A stretch of 33,708 bases of DNA from positions 1-33,708 of IMG/VR virus record IMGVR_UViG_3300025140_000014. One strand, 5' to 3'. Of the stretch, positions 17,871-25,816 are shown piece by piece. Below the pieces are notes generated by a model. That model saw only the letters and a list, made by a program, of their open reading frames with translations. It did not search any database and had not been told where the DNA came from. Both the position numbers and the translations under genes were made by a program. Position 1 is the first letter of the stretch. The number at the start of each line of letters is the position of its first letter. The DNA is from a virus (Duplodnaviria; Caudoviricetes).

Positions 17871-19482
17871 AACTAAAAAGATCTATTATAACGATCCGCA
17901 ACTGGAATTTAGATACACAGCTGCTCACACTTCTGTATTTGTTGGGGGACGTAGAATCGGGAAAACACACGGCATAGCAGCTCCATGGTTACTTCGAAAT
18001 CTTCAGTATATGCCCCGGAGTGCAGGAGCTATTGTCGGTTCCACTTTTCAGCAGATCCTTACCCGGACACTCCCTGGAACATTGACCGCTCTCGAAGATA
18101 TGGGTTTTCGTCGTAATGTTCATTTTTTTGTTGGCAGAAAACCGCCCGAATCAGCAGGTTTTAAGAAACCTGTCCGGGAACCGGTTTCCTTTGACCATGT
18201 TGTATCCTGGTATAACGGATCTGTTCAATATTTGATTTCGCAGGATATTCCGGGATCATCCAACTCACTCACGCTTCAGTACGTAATGGGTGATGAAGCA
18301 AAGTTCCTGAACTTCGATAAATTAAAGGATGAGACTTTTCCGGCTAATGGTGGATTTAAAGGAGATTGGGCCAGTTGTCCCTGGTTAAATAGCATGCTGT
18401 TTATCTCAGATATGCCAACGACCAAGAAAGGATCATGGTTCCTGAACTATGCTGATAAGATGGACCCGGAGTTAATCCATATGATTCAATCCCTGGTAAG
18501 AGAGATCTTCAGACTTAAATTACAAACACAAAATACCTACACTGTGCGAATGATCAGGGAATATCAGCTGAAGCTCGCACAGTTCCGGAGCATCGCTGTC
18601 TATTACCGTGAATGTTCATCTATTGAAAATATTGAACTATTGGGAAAGAAGTATATCCAGCAAATGAAGCGGGATCTCCCTCCCCTTGTATTCCAAACTT
18701 CTATTCTTTGCATTCGCCCTGGGAAGCTGAAGGACGGGTTTTATCCCGCATTATCAGAGACCAGGCATATGTATTCTGCATACGATAACTCATACCTGCT
18801 TAATCTTGATTATGATCTGGATAAGATCAAAGAACCCGACTGCCGGCAGGATGGAGACTTAGATCTGGATGACCCTATCAGGGTTGCATTCGATTATAAC
18901 TCTGATATCAATTGGCTCGTATGTGGACAGCCATCATGGTCGAAGGTTAAAGTAATCAAATCATTCTATGTGAAGTATGAGCGTAAATTACGTGAGGTAG
19001 TAGATGACTTCTGTAAGTACTATCGTTTCCATCACTCGAAAGAGGTGGTCTATTACTATGACAATACAGCGCTGGGCAGCAACTATGCAGTAAGTGATGA
19101 AGATTTTGCATCTGTTATCTGCTCACAGTTCGAGAAGAACAGATGGACAGTAAACAGGCAGCACATAGGCAACCCATTACGCCACAACGAAAAGTACCTG
19201 ATCTTTGACCAGGCATTCAAAGGACAGAAGTACCTGATGCCACAGATCAATCAGCCTAACAATGAAGCCCTGGTATTAGGTCTGCAACATGCAGGTGTAC
19301 GCATTGGTAGGTATGGCTTCCAGAAGGATAAGTCTGAGGAGAAGAACAAGGAGACAGAGGAAAGCCTGTTGGAACATCGCACCGATGGTACTGATGCCTT
19401 TGATACATTGATGATAGGCATGATGCTCTACCCTGTCAAAGGTAGTGTAGGTGGCGGGCTTGGCAGCTCATGGATACAATAG
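17854..19482 (+). CDS. terL: Terminase large subunit
   Basis: Walker A GGRRIGKT, Walker B VMGDEAK, nuclease AFDYN and TDGTDAFD. Confidence 0.9.
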   Translation: MSETIETKKIYYNDPQLEFRYTAAHTSVFVGGRRIGKTHGIAAPWLLRNLQYMPRSAGAIVGSTFQQILTRTLPGTLTALEDMGFRRNVHFFVGRKPPESAGFKKPVREPVSFDHVVSWYNGSVQYLISQDIPGSSNSLTLQYVMGDEAKFLNFDKLKDETFPANGGFKGDWASCPWLNSMLFISDMPTTKKGSWFLNYADKMDPELIHMIQSLVREIFRLKLQTQNTYTVRMIREYQLKLAQFRSIAVYYRECSSIENIELLGKKYIQQMKRDLPPLVFQTSILCIRPGKLKDGFYPALSETRHMYSAYDNSYLLNLDYDLDKIKEPDCRQDGDLDLDDPIRVAFDYNSDINWLVCGQPSWSKVKVIKSFYVKYERKLREVVDDFCKYYRFHHSKEVVYYYDNTALGSNYAVSDEDFASVICSQFEKNRWTVNRQHIGNPLRHNEKYLIFDQAFKGQKYLMPQINQPNNEALVLGLQHAGVRIGRYGFQKDKSEEKNKETEESLLEHRTDGTDAFDTLMIGMMLYPVKGSVGGGLGSSWIQ

Positions 19483-19520
19483 CTAAGTAATCAATCCCTT
19501 ATACATACGTAACAATCATC

Positions 19521-19815
19521 ATGTGATTACATCAACCATGTAATTACATGCTTGTTTGCGATCATTTGCACGATGTAATCGACATACAATAATCATAAGC
19601 AGCCAGGCATATACCGTAATATTATGTATAAAGTAATGACATATCCGGACAGGGCGGGGCGGGGTCTTCCGTCTGAAAGGGGGAAAAAACGGGGTGTTTG
19701 TCAATACTACATAACAGAATATTAGACAAATAGCATTTTATTCACCGGAATGCCGTGATACCGGGAAAAACGTATTTTGACGGATGGAAATTGCTGGCGG
19801 TTGCCTGGTAATTAC
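19521..19815. repeat. GTAATTAC-type palindromic repeats and G-rich tract after terL (candidate packaging site)
   Basis: ATGTGATTACAT 19521, CATGTAATTACATG 19537, GATGTAATCGACAT 19572, GTAATGACAT 19633, GGTAATTACA 19806; GGGCGGGGCGGGG at about 19652. Confidence 0.45.
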
Positions 19816-19884
19816 AGTCGGGTTTTGGTTTTGACCTGTAAAAGTTTTTTGTTAAGTTTGTGGGATAAACTTAAAATCAACAAA

Positions 19885-20379
19885 ATGAAAAAACTACTGT
19901 TTTACGTATTTATTATTGTTCTCTTATCGGGTTGTACCACTGCGTTTAAAATAGCAAAGCTTGATGAACTTCAGGAAATTGCTGAAATTAAGAACTTCAA
20001 TTCGATTGATTTCACAACATACACTGCAAAAGGGTTTTTCATCACTCCCGAAAAGTACATGGGTGAATATAATTCGATTGGCATTGTACGTTACGAAGTT
20101 TATCCAGGTGCAACGTATGTTAAGACATCGAGTATTCCGAATCCCGAATTTGGGAAAACCACTGGAGCATCAGCTGTTATTTTTCTGAAAGAATGGAAGG
20201 TTAATTATATTTCATTACAGGAAGTTTTGGGAGGGATGTATGAACAATGTAAAAAGATGGGTGCCGATGCGCTGGTTAATTTTGAAGTTAAACCAAGCGC
20301 CTTTCCCTATTTAGGCATCTCGAACCCGACTAGTATTAATGGATATATCATTTCAGGCTTTGCGATAAAGCGAAAATAA
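19885..20379 (+). CDS. Moron lipoprotein (YbjQ-like C-terminal motif); start MKKLLFYV
   Basis: Signal peptide with lipobox LSGC; CKKMGADALVNF...SGFAIK; own -7 box TAAGTTTG at 19853-19860. Confidence 0.8.
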   Translation: MKKLLFYVFIIVLLSGCTTAFKIAKLDELQEIAEIKNFNSIDFTTYTAKGFFITPEKYMGEYNSIGIVRYEVYPGATYVKTSSIPNPEFGKTTGASAVIFLKEWKVNYISLQEVLGGMYEQCKKMGADALVNFEVKPSAFPYLGISNPTSINGYIISGFAIKRK

Positions 20380-20401
20380 ACCTTCAAACACAGGTATTTA
20401 A

Positions 20402-20438
20402 AACAGAAAACCCCGGTCATGCGCCGGGGTTTTCTGTT
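20402..20438. terminator. Bidirectional terminator between the lipoprotein gene and hicB
   Basis: AACAGAAAACCCCGG-tcatgcg-CCGGGGTTTTCTGTT. Confidence 0.85.
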
Positions 20439-20456
20439 ATATAGAACAATCTAATA

Positions 20457-20861
20457 TCAGATCAGTTTGATAGTTGCAAACTCATTGGCCATTTTATGAA
20501 AGGCTTCTTCGATTTTAGAAACCTGATTTTCGGAAATGTATTGTTTGCCCGTCTTATACTGGCGCATCAGTGAGGCATTGATACCTGCTACCTGTGCAAA
20601 CTTACTGACGTTGATGAAATTGTAATAATTGAACAACGAAGAGATATCATATTTATATTCAAACTCGACGCCATTCAATTCGGCTGGCATCTCTATTCCG
20701 CGTTCGGAATACGATGCAAGCATTTCCTTTACAGAGTTTTCGAAATCGGTTTTCGATTCAGCAACTGTATTGCCTTCGCCGATGATGGTATGATCTAAGT
20801 CTGGTGTAAATACACCGAAGGTACCATCTTTCCCCTTCTCGATTAATGCTGTTGTTTTCAT
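20457..20861 (-). CDS. hicB: HicB family antitoxin with C-terminal HTH
   Basis: IEKGKDGTFGVF...GEGNTVAE...; INVSKFAQVAGINASLMRQY. Confidence 0.85.
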   Translation of the reverse strand: MKTTALIEKGKDGTFGVFTPDLDHTIIGEGNTVAESKTDFENSVKEMLASYSERGIEMPAELNGVEFEYKYDISSLFNYYNFINVSKFAQVAGINASLMRQYKTGKQYISENQVSKIEEAFHKMANEFATIKLI

Positions 20862-20895
20862 GTTTATCTTTTATTTTTATCTGGCAAACAGGATT

Positions 20896-21078
20896 TTACA
20901 ACCCTATTTGCTTTTTAAGTTTATTGTAAAGACCTGTTTTAACTTCGTGAGCATCGTGCCTTGGTATTTGTATTTGATTACTCGTATCCGGGTGCCCGTA
21001 AATGTCATGCTCTTTGCCATTTCTTATTAAGTACCACCCCTTCTTCATTGCCTTGCGTTTTAATTCCGACCATTTCAT
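20896..21078 (-). CDS. hicA: HicA family toxin (mRNA interferase)
   Basis: 60 aa, basic; GWYLIRNGKEHDIYGHP...IPRH...TGLYNKLKKQIGL. Confidence 0.9.
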   Translation of the reverse strand: MKWSELKRKAMKKGWYLIRNGKEHDIYGHPDTSNQIQIPRHDAHEVKTGLYNKLKKQIGL

Positions 21079-21101
21079 ATTCTATTTGGATTATTAGATT
21101 A

Positions 21102-21127
21102 CAAATATATAACAAATACGCTATATA
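21102..21127 (-). promoter_or_regulatory. hicAB promoter and putative HicB operator
   Basis: TATATTTG on the minus strand (21102-21109) overlapped by the inverted repeat TATATAAC-N6-GCTATATA. Confidence 0.55.
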
Positions 21128-21146
21128 TACAAGCGTTTTTAAAAAG

Positions 21147-21304
21147 AATAACCCATATGTGGGTTATTTCATTCCGGCAATCTCCGGTTTGAATACGCGG
21201 AATTCCGCGTTTATAGTGGTTAGAATAAACGGGAATTCCCGTTTATTATTTAACTTCAGTCACCTTGCTCACCAAGGCAACTGTGGGGCTGATCACCATA
21301 GTTG
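21147..21304. repeat. Array of six short palindromes/hairpins related to the KilA-N internal palindrome
   Basis: AATAACCCA-tatg-TGGGTTATT; CCGG-caatct-CCGG; ACGCGGAATTCCGCGT; AATAAACGGGAATTCCCGTTTATT; CCTTG-ctcac-CAAGG; CAACTGTGG-N9-CCATAGTTG. Confidence 0.7.
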
Positions 21305-21312
21305 TATCCAAT

Positions 21313-21345
21313 AAAAAACCCGGTCATTCGCCGGGTTTTTCTGTT
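21313..21345. terminator. Bidirectional terminator-like hairpin, near-copy of 20407-20438
   Basis: AAAAACCCGG-tcattcg-CCGGGTTTTT. Confidence 0.75.
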
Positions 21346-21479
21346 GATTGCTTTTCTTGCATGTGCTTTAACAGGATCATTTCAATGTAGTTATTTACAT
21401 TCCTAAAATCATCCTTTGCTTCTCTTTTAAGAAACTCAATAAGCTCTGAGTCCAGACGTAATGATATATTTTCTTTCAT
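21324..21479 (-). CDS. Ribbon-helix-helix (Arc/CopG-like) regulator; start MKENISLRLD
   Basis: ISLRLDSELIEFLKREAKDDFRNVNNYIEMIL; minus-strand -7 box TATCTTTG at 21497-21504. Confidence 0.8.
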   Translation of the reverse strand: MKENISLRLDSELIEFLKREAKDDFRNVNNYIEMILLKHMQEKQSTEKPGE

Positions 21480-21531
21480 TATAAAATGTTTGATTGCAAA
21501 GATATGCAAAATAATTAAAAAAATAAATTAT

Positions 21532-21568
21532 TTTGTGATACATTGTATTGTTTTATAATGTACATTTG
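21532..21568 (+). promoter_or_regulatory. Promoter of the KilA-N operon with possible RHH operator
   Basis: -7 box TACATTTG (21561-21568) overlapped by the palindrome AATGTACATT; divergent from the RHH gene. Confidence 0.55.
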
Positions 21569-21595
21569 TGCCATTATTAATTAATACTTCAAAGT

Positions 21596-22162
21596 ATGAA
21601 TATTCAAAAATTTAATTTTGGTGATGTTGAGATCGAGTTTGATCTCCGTCAAGGAAAAAACATGATGGTAAATGCAACCGAAATGATGAGTGCGTTTCCA
21701 AACAAAAGAATGAGTGATTTTTTAGCAAGCCAGAACACTGAAGATTTCATTTTAGAGTGTTTAAATAACGGGAATTCCCGTTATTTAATTGTTGAAAAAC
21801 GAGACGACTTGATAGTTTCTAGTCAAAAATCTGGCACTTGGATGCACCGTGTTTTGGCTTTAAAGTTTGCTGCATGGTTAAGTCCAAAGTTTGAAGTTTG
21901 GGTATATATAACCATTGATCAACTTATTTCTGGATTTGCCCAAGAAATTCAAGAGTCCATAAGCGAAACCGTAATATTAAAAGCGAAACAAGATGATTTA
22001 AAAACCCAACTTGCAAAACGGGATCCTGACTTTCTGGAATATCTGTTAATTGATCAGAAATTGATCAATGCGAAAAGTCGGAGAAGTAACGCCACAAAGA
22101 ACAAATTCAGGGAGACAATGGAAGATTTATTTTCACAAAAAGGAAAGGAAGAAAAGCAATGA
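21596..22162 (+). CDS. KilA-N domain DNA-binding protein (antirepressor-like)
   Basis: MMVNATEM...GTWMHRVLALKFAAWLSPKFEVWV. Confidence 0.9.
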   Translation: MNIQKFNFGDVEIEFDLRQGKNMMVNATEMMSAFPNKRMSDFLASQNTEDFILECLNNGNSRYLIVEKRDDLIVSSQKSGTWMHRVLALKFAAWLSPKFEVWVYITIDQLISGFAQEIQESISETVILKAKQDDLKTQLAKRDPDFLEYLLIDQKLINAKSRRSNATKNKFRETMEDLFSQKGKEEKQ

Positions 22163-22356
22163 ATACTTGCAAAGAATGTGGTCACTATAACAATCAGGAA
22201 GGCGAACACAAAGGTATATGTATGATAATGGGAATAGAGAGATTAATTTCCAATAATAGTACCATAACTGATTGTTCCGAGGACGATCTGCACCCTTATT
22301 TTGCTGAAGTAGGTGAAAACTTTGGATGTATCCACTTTGATCAGAAATATCGATAA
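22159..22356 (+). CDS. Small Cys-rich hypothetical protein
   Basis: CKECGHY...C...FGCIHF; ATGA-coupled. Confidence 0.65.
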   Translation: MNTCKECGHYNNQEGEHKGICMIMGIERLISNNSTITDCSEDDLHPYFAEVGENFGCIHFDQKYR

Positions 22357-22441
22357 ATCAAAAACCCCCGGCAGTGCTATCAACACTAACCGGGGGCAAG
22401 TTTAAATTTTCAACTCATTAAAAATTCAACACCACAAAAAT

Positions 22442-22705
22442 ATGAAAAATTCAGGAACAAAACCAAGCATGTCGGTAGAGATTGAAGGTGTTACCCTTAC
22501 CATGGATGCTATTACCCAATTGCAAAACCTTCAGAAGAAAGACAATGAAGATCTTGACGCCATGCGTGTTGATATTGCCGATGCGGTTTGCTTCCTTGCC
22601 AGTTGCCTTGATGATCTGGATAATCCCGATAATGGGAAAATCATTCTGATCATGAATAACCTAAGCCATCACCGCGATAACGTAAACAATTTAAGAAAGC
22701 CATGA
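22442..22705 (+). CDS. Hypothetical protein (paralog of the next gene)
   Basis: IEGVTLTMDAITQLQNLQKKDN. Confidence 0.7.
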   Translation: MKNSGTKPSMSVEIEGVTLTMDAITQLQNLQKKDNEDLDAMRVDIADAVCFLASCLDDLDNPDNGKIILIMNNLSHHRDNVNNLRKP

Positions 22706-22965
22706 GAAAATCACAAAGCGAATCAAAAACAGCTACAATAATCAATGGTGTGGTTCTCACAGAGGAGGCAATTGCCTTTTTAGATTCAATGCAGAATGGT
22801 GATAACGATCTCATTAAAGAGACTCGTGATGAAATAAACAATGCTATATCACAATTGATTCTATACACTGAATGGTGCACTGATAAGCAGATAACCGAAG
22901 TCCTCGATACAATTAAATACATAAACGTTTTTAACCGTAGTCTTAAAGATTTAATGAAACCATAA
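22702..22965 (+). CDS. Hypothetical protein (paralog of the previous gene)
   Basis: INGVVLTEEAIAFLDSMQNGDN; both are 87 aa. Confidence 0.7.
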   Translation: MRKSQSESKTATIINGVVLTEEAIAFLDSMQNGDNDLIKETRDEINNAISQLILYTEWCTDKQITEVLDTIKYINVFNRSLKDLMKP

Positions 22966-22977
22966 ATCCGTATAACC

Positions 22978-23226
22978 ATGAATACAATAGACTTACAAAC
23001 CGTAAAAGAATTAAAGGCCAGTGAATTATCAGAACCACTACAGGCCAAAGTTCGCCGTATCTGTGAACAGGCAAAGATGAACTTTGACAATATTCATTTC
23101 ATTCGTGACAATAAAGATGAAAAATTGATGACGGGGTTTGATGATTGCGAAAACTATCTGAAGATGTTCCATGGTGATGAGTTCACCTGTTGGGGATATT
23201 TTATTGACACAAACGAAATTGATTAA
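22978..23226 (+). CDS. Hypothetical protein
   Basis: 82-aa ORF followed by a terminator. Confidence 0.65.
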   Translation: MNTIDLQTVKELKASELSEPLQAKVRRICEQAKMNFDNIHFIRDNKDEKLMTGFDDCENYLKMFHGDEFTCWGYFIDTNEID

Positions 23227-23256
23227 TACCTGTTCTTTATTTTTGCATATTTCACT

Positions 23257-23287
23257 AAACCCGTCTCCCCAAAAGGCGGGTTTTTTT
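23257..23287 (+). terminator. Rho-independent terminator closing the accessory island
   Basis: AAACCCGTCT-ccccaaa-AGGCGGGTTT with a T7 run. Confidence 0.8.
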
Positions 23288-23292
23288 CGCCC

Positions 23293-23343
23293 TGTCATTG
23301 CGAGCGCAGCAATGTTGTCATTGCGAGCGAAGCGAAGCAACCT
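23293..23343. repeat. REP-like element remnants
   Basis: TGTCATTGCGAGCG twice (23293, 23316); the second continues AAGCGAAGCAACCT. Confidence 0.5.
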
Positions 23344-23352
23344 CTCTGCATT

Positions 23353-23388
23353 GTCCTTTAACCCGCTGTGCGAACGGTTTATCTTGCA
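23353..23388 (+). promoter_or_regulatory. Putative phage late promoter 2
   Basis: GTCCTTTAA-N18-TATCTTGCA. Confidence 0.65.
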
Positions 23389-23405
23389 ATAAAAAAAGAT
23401 AAGCT

Positions 23406-23627
23406 ATGCTGCACATTTCACAATTACACAAGGTAGTAGAACTCGGCGAATTCTCAATCAAGTTCGTTGAGAAGAGCGGTGCCATTATCCATGGTCCGCG
23501 CTGTATCTGCACTTCGTTCCACGCTACGGGCCGGACAATGAACCTGAAGTTTTGCGACAGTGAAGAGATCCGTAAAGTGCGCCGGCTTTCGGTTATCGAA
23601 TTCAATGGAGAGGAGGTTACGCTATGA
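23406..23627 (+). CDS. Small hypothetical protein preceding the portal gene
   Basis: ATGA-coupled to the portal gene; follows the late-promoter motif. Confidence 0.75.
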   Translation: MLHISQLHKVVELGEFSIKFVEKSGAIIHGPRCICTSFHATGRTMNLKFCDSEEIRKVRRLSVIEFNGEEVTL

Positions 23628-24973
23628 GTGATAATTTTATAGAGATTGGTGGTTTTACCTACCTCCCTGAAGCGAAGGCTATCATAGCGATGGAATCGAG
23701 CCGTGAAATGTTTTCAGAAGCAACAGACCTGAAGCCAGTATCGGTTGATGGCTATACAATTTCTCCCTGGGGATCAACCAACGATATGCCACAGCTCATT
23801 ATTGAGAAAGCCAAAAAGAGCGAAATTGTACAATCGAATCTGTTGTTTAATATACAATCTGGTTACGGACAGGGTATCAAACCCATGCGCAGGATTCTTG
23901 AGGGGAAGAAACTGGTATGTTATGAGGAGATCTATGAAGGCGAAGTGGTTGATTTCTTTGCACAAAACGATATCAACGGTTTCTTCCTGGAACAACTCTC
24001 CGACATGCATCACTTTTACAATGTATTTCCGGAGATCATTCTGAGCGGTGATAAGCGTAAAATCGTTTCACTCCGGAGTAAGGAGGCAGCATTCTCCAGG
24101 TGGGGTGTTATGGATCCTAAAAAAGGTTGTATCACAAAGCACTACTATTCTGCAAAGTGGAACGATGGAGCGAATAAAGCGACGATTGCTGAGTCAGATG
24201 TTCTCAATAATTATAACCCATACCAGGATCTTGTATCAAGGATAAGTACCGGCAGTTACTCCCAGCTGCGTTTTATTGTTCCGGTCAACTTCCCGACTCC
24301 AGGCAAAACCTATTATCAGGATCCGTACTGGTGGAGTATATTTCTGTCCGGATGGTACGACTTCCTGATGATGATCCCCGAATTTAAGAAGGCACTGCTA
24401 AAGAATCAGCTGGCATTAAAGTATATCATTTACCTGTCTGATAAGTATTTTACTGAAATATTTAAAGATGAAGGCATCGACACTTCCAATGTCGAAGCGA
24501 TGAAAGCAAGAAAAGCCCTGGAGTATGGCCGCTTTCGTGACTTCCTTGCCGGTGAGAAGAATGCCGGGAAAGGAATTGTGGCCTTGAAAAAACTCATTGC
24601 TTCCGGCACCAGTTCCACCGAAGAAAAATACATCGAGATCGTTCCGCTCAAAACAGAGATTGCCGGTGGTGAATACCTCGAAGATTCGGAGGAGGTGAGC
24701 AATATCATCAGTTATGCGATGGGTGTTCATCCTTCATTGATCGGATCAGTACCAGGGAAGAATTCCGGGAGCCAATCGGGTACCGATAAACGGGAACTCT
24801 TCCAGATTAAACAAGCACTGATGAAACCCTTCAGAGATCGGCTGTTGAAACCGCTTGAGCTGATAAAGCTCTATAATAAATGGGATAAGGATATTGTTTT
24901 TGCAATTCCAGAACCTGTTTTCACAACTCTCGATAAAAATAAAACCGGGCAGGAAACTGCTGTAAATAAATAG
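23624..24973 (+). CDS. Portal protein
   Basis: 449 aa; PWGSTNDMP, YYQDPYW, IISYAMGVHPSLIG...SGTDKRE patterns. Confidence 0.8.
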   Translation: MSDNFIEIGGFTYLPEAKAIIAMESSREMFSEATDLKPVSVDGYTISPWGSTNDMPQLIIEKAKKSEIVQSNLLFNIQSGYGQGIKPMRRILEGKKLVCYEEIYEGEVVDFFAQNDINGFFLEQLSDMHHFYNVFPEIILSGDKRKIVSLRSKEAAFSRWGVMDPKKGCITKHYYSAKWNDGANKATIAESDVLNNYNPYQDLVSRISTGSYSQLRFIVPVNFPTPGKTYYQDPYWWSIFLSGWYDFLMMIPEFKKALLKNQLALKYIIYLSDKYFTEIFKDEGIDTSNVEAMKARKALEYGRFRDFLAGEKNAGKGIVALKKLIASGTSSTEEKYIEIVPLKTEIAGGEYLEDSEEVSNIISYAMGVHPSLIGSVPGKNSGSQSGTDKRELFQIKQALMKPFRDRLLKPLELIKLYNKWDKDIVFAIPEPVFTTLDKNKTGQETAVNK

Positions 24974-24976
24974 GCT

Positions 24977-25816
24977 ATGGTAATCATTGGCAGTATTGAT
25001 GTTTTAAAACAGTATATCCCCACAATCGTTTCGGCTGACTTCGCAAAGTATGAAAAATACATTGCCGATGCTGAAGCCTGGCTAATAAAGGAGATCACCG
25101 GAAAAGAACTTTTTCTTATCATCAGCGAGGAGGACGAAGCGTTGTTGAACTATGCCAGGGCAATTGTCGCCAATAAAGCATATGGCGATGGGATCCCGTT
25201 TTTTGACCTCGTAGAAAACGAATCAGGTTTTGCAGTGGTGAGTAATCCCAATCTTGCACCGGCATCACAGGCACGAGTTGCAGCGCTGCAATCTGCAACC
25301 TACCGGAAACTGGATGAAGCGGTCGAGTCGTTACTTGAGTACCTTGAAGAAACGGTCGATTATCACGATGAGTGGAAAGGAAGTCCCGCCTATACCCTGC
25401 TTTCAAATCTCTATCTCACAACCGTAAAAGAATTCCGGCGTTATGTGGTTTACCCCGGAAGCCGTCGTGAATTTATGGCGCTTAAGCCCGAAATGCTGAA
25501 CGCCATTAACCTGAAGATAGCCCCGGTGATCAGTCAGGAATTATCCGATCAGGTAGTAGAGCAGCTGCGCGATGGAGATCTTACTCCAGATAATAAAACG
25601 ATACTCGAGCACCTCCGGTTTGCATTCGCCAATTTCACGATGCATCAGGAAGAAACCGCACAGTCGTACCTCTCGCGGGTCCGAAGGTTGCTTTATGCTT
25701 CACCCGATAAATATCCATTGTTCCGCGATAGCGAAATCTATATTAATTGGCTTGCAGCGCAAAAAGTTACAGCCATCAACAATGCTGATTCACCTTTATT
25801 CTTCGCAGGATTATGA
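24977..25816 (+). CDS. Putative head-tail connector (DUF6712-like)
   Basis: Follows the portal gene; GFAVVSNPNLAPASQARV motif. Confidence 0.6.
   Translation: MVIIGSIDVLKQYIPTIVSADFAKYEKYIADAEAWLIKEITGKELFLIISEEDEALLNYARAIVANKAYGDGIPFFDLVENESGFAVVSNPNLAPASQARVAALQSATYRKLDEAVESLLEYLEETVDYHDEWKGSPAYTLLSNLYLTTVKEFRRYVVYPGSRREFMALKPEMLNAINLKIAPVISQELSDQVVEQLRDGDLTPDNKTILEHLRFAFANFTMHQEETAQSYLSRVRRLLYASPDKYPLFRDSEIYINWLAAQKVTAINNADSPLFFAGL

Noticed and set aside
21147-21304. CRISPR array interpretation of the palindrome cluster
   Set aside because: There is no constant repeat with unique spacers, the spacing is irregular, and no cas genes are present.
20961-21314. 117-aa + strand ORF as a real gene
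   Set aside because: It starts with TTG antisense inside hicA and has no evident promoter; only the open frame across the array is noted.
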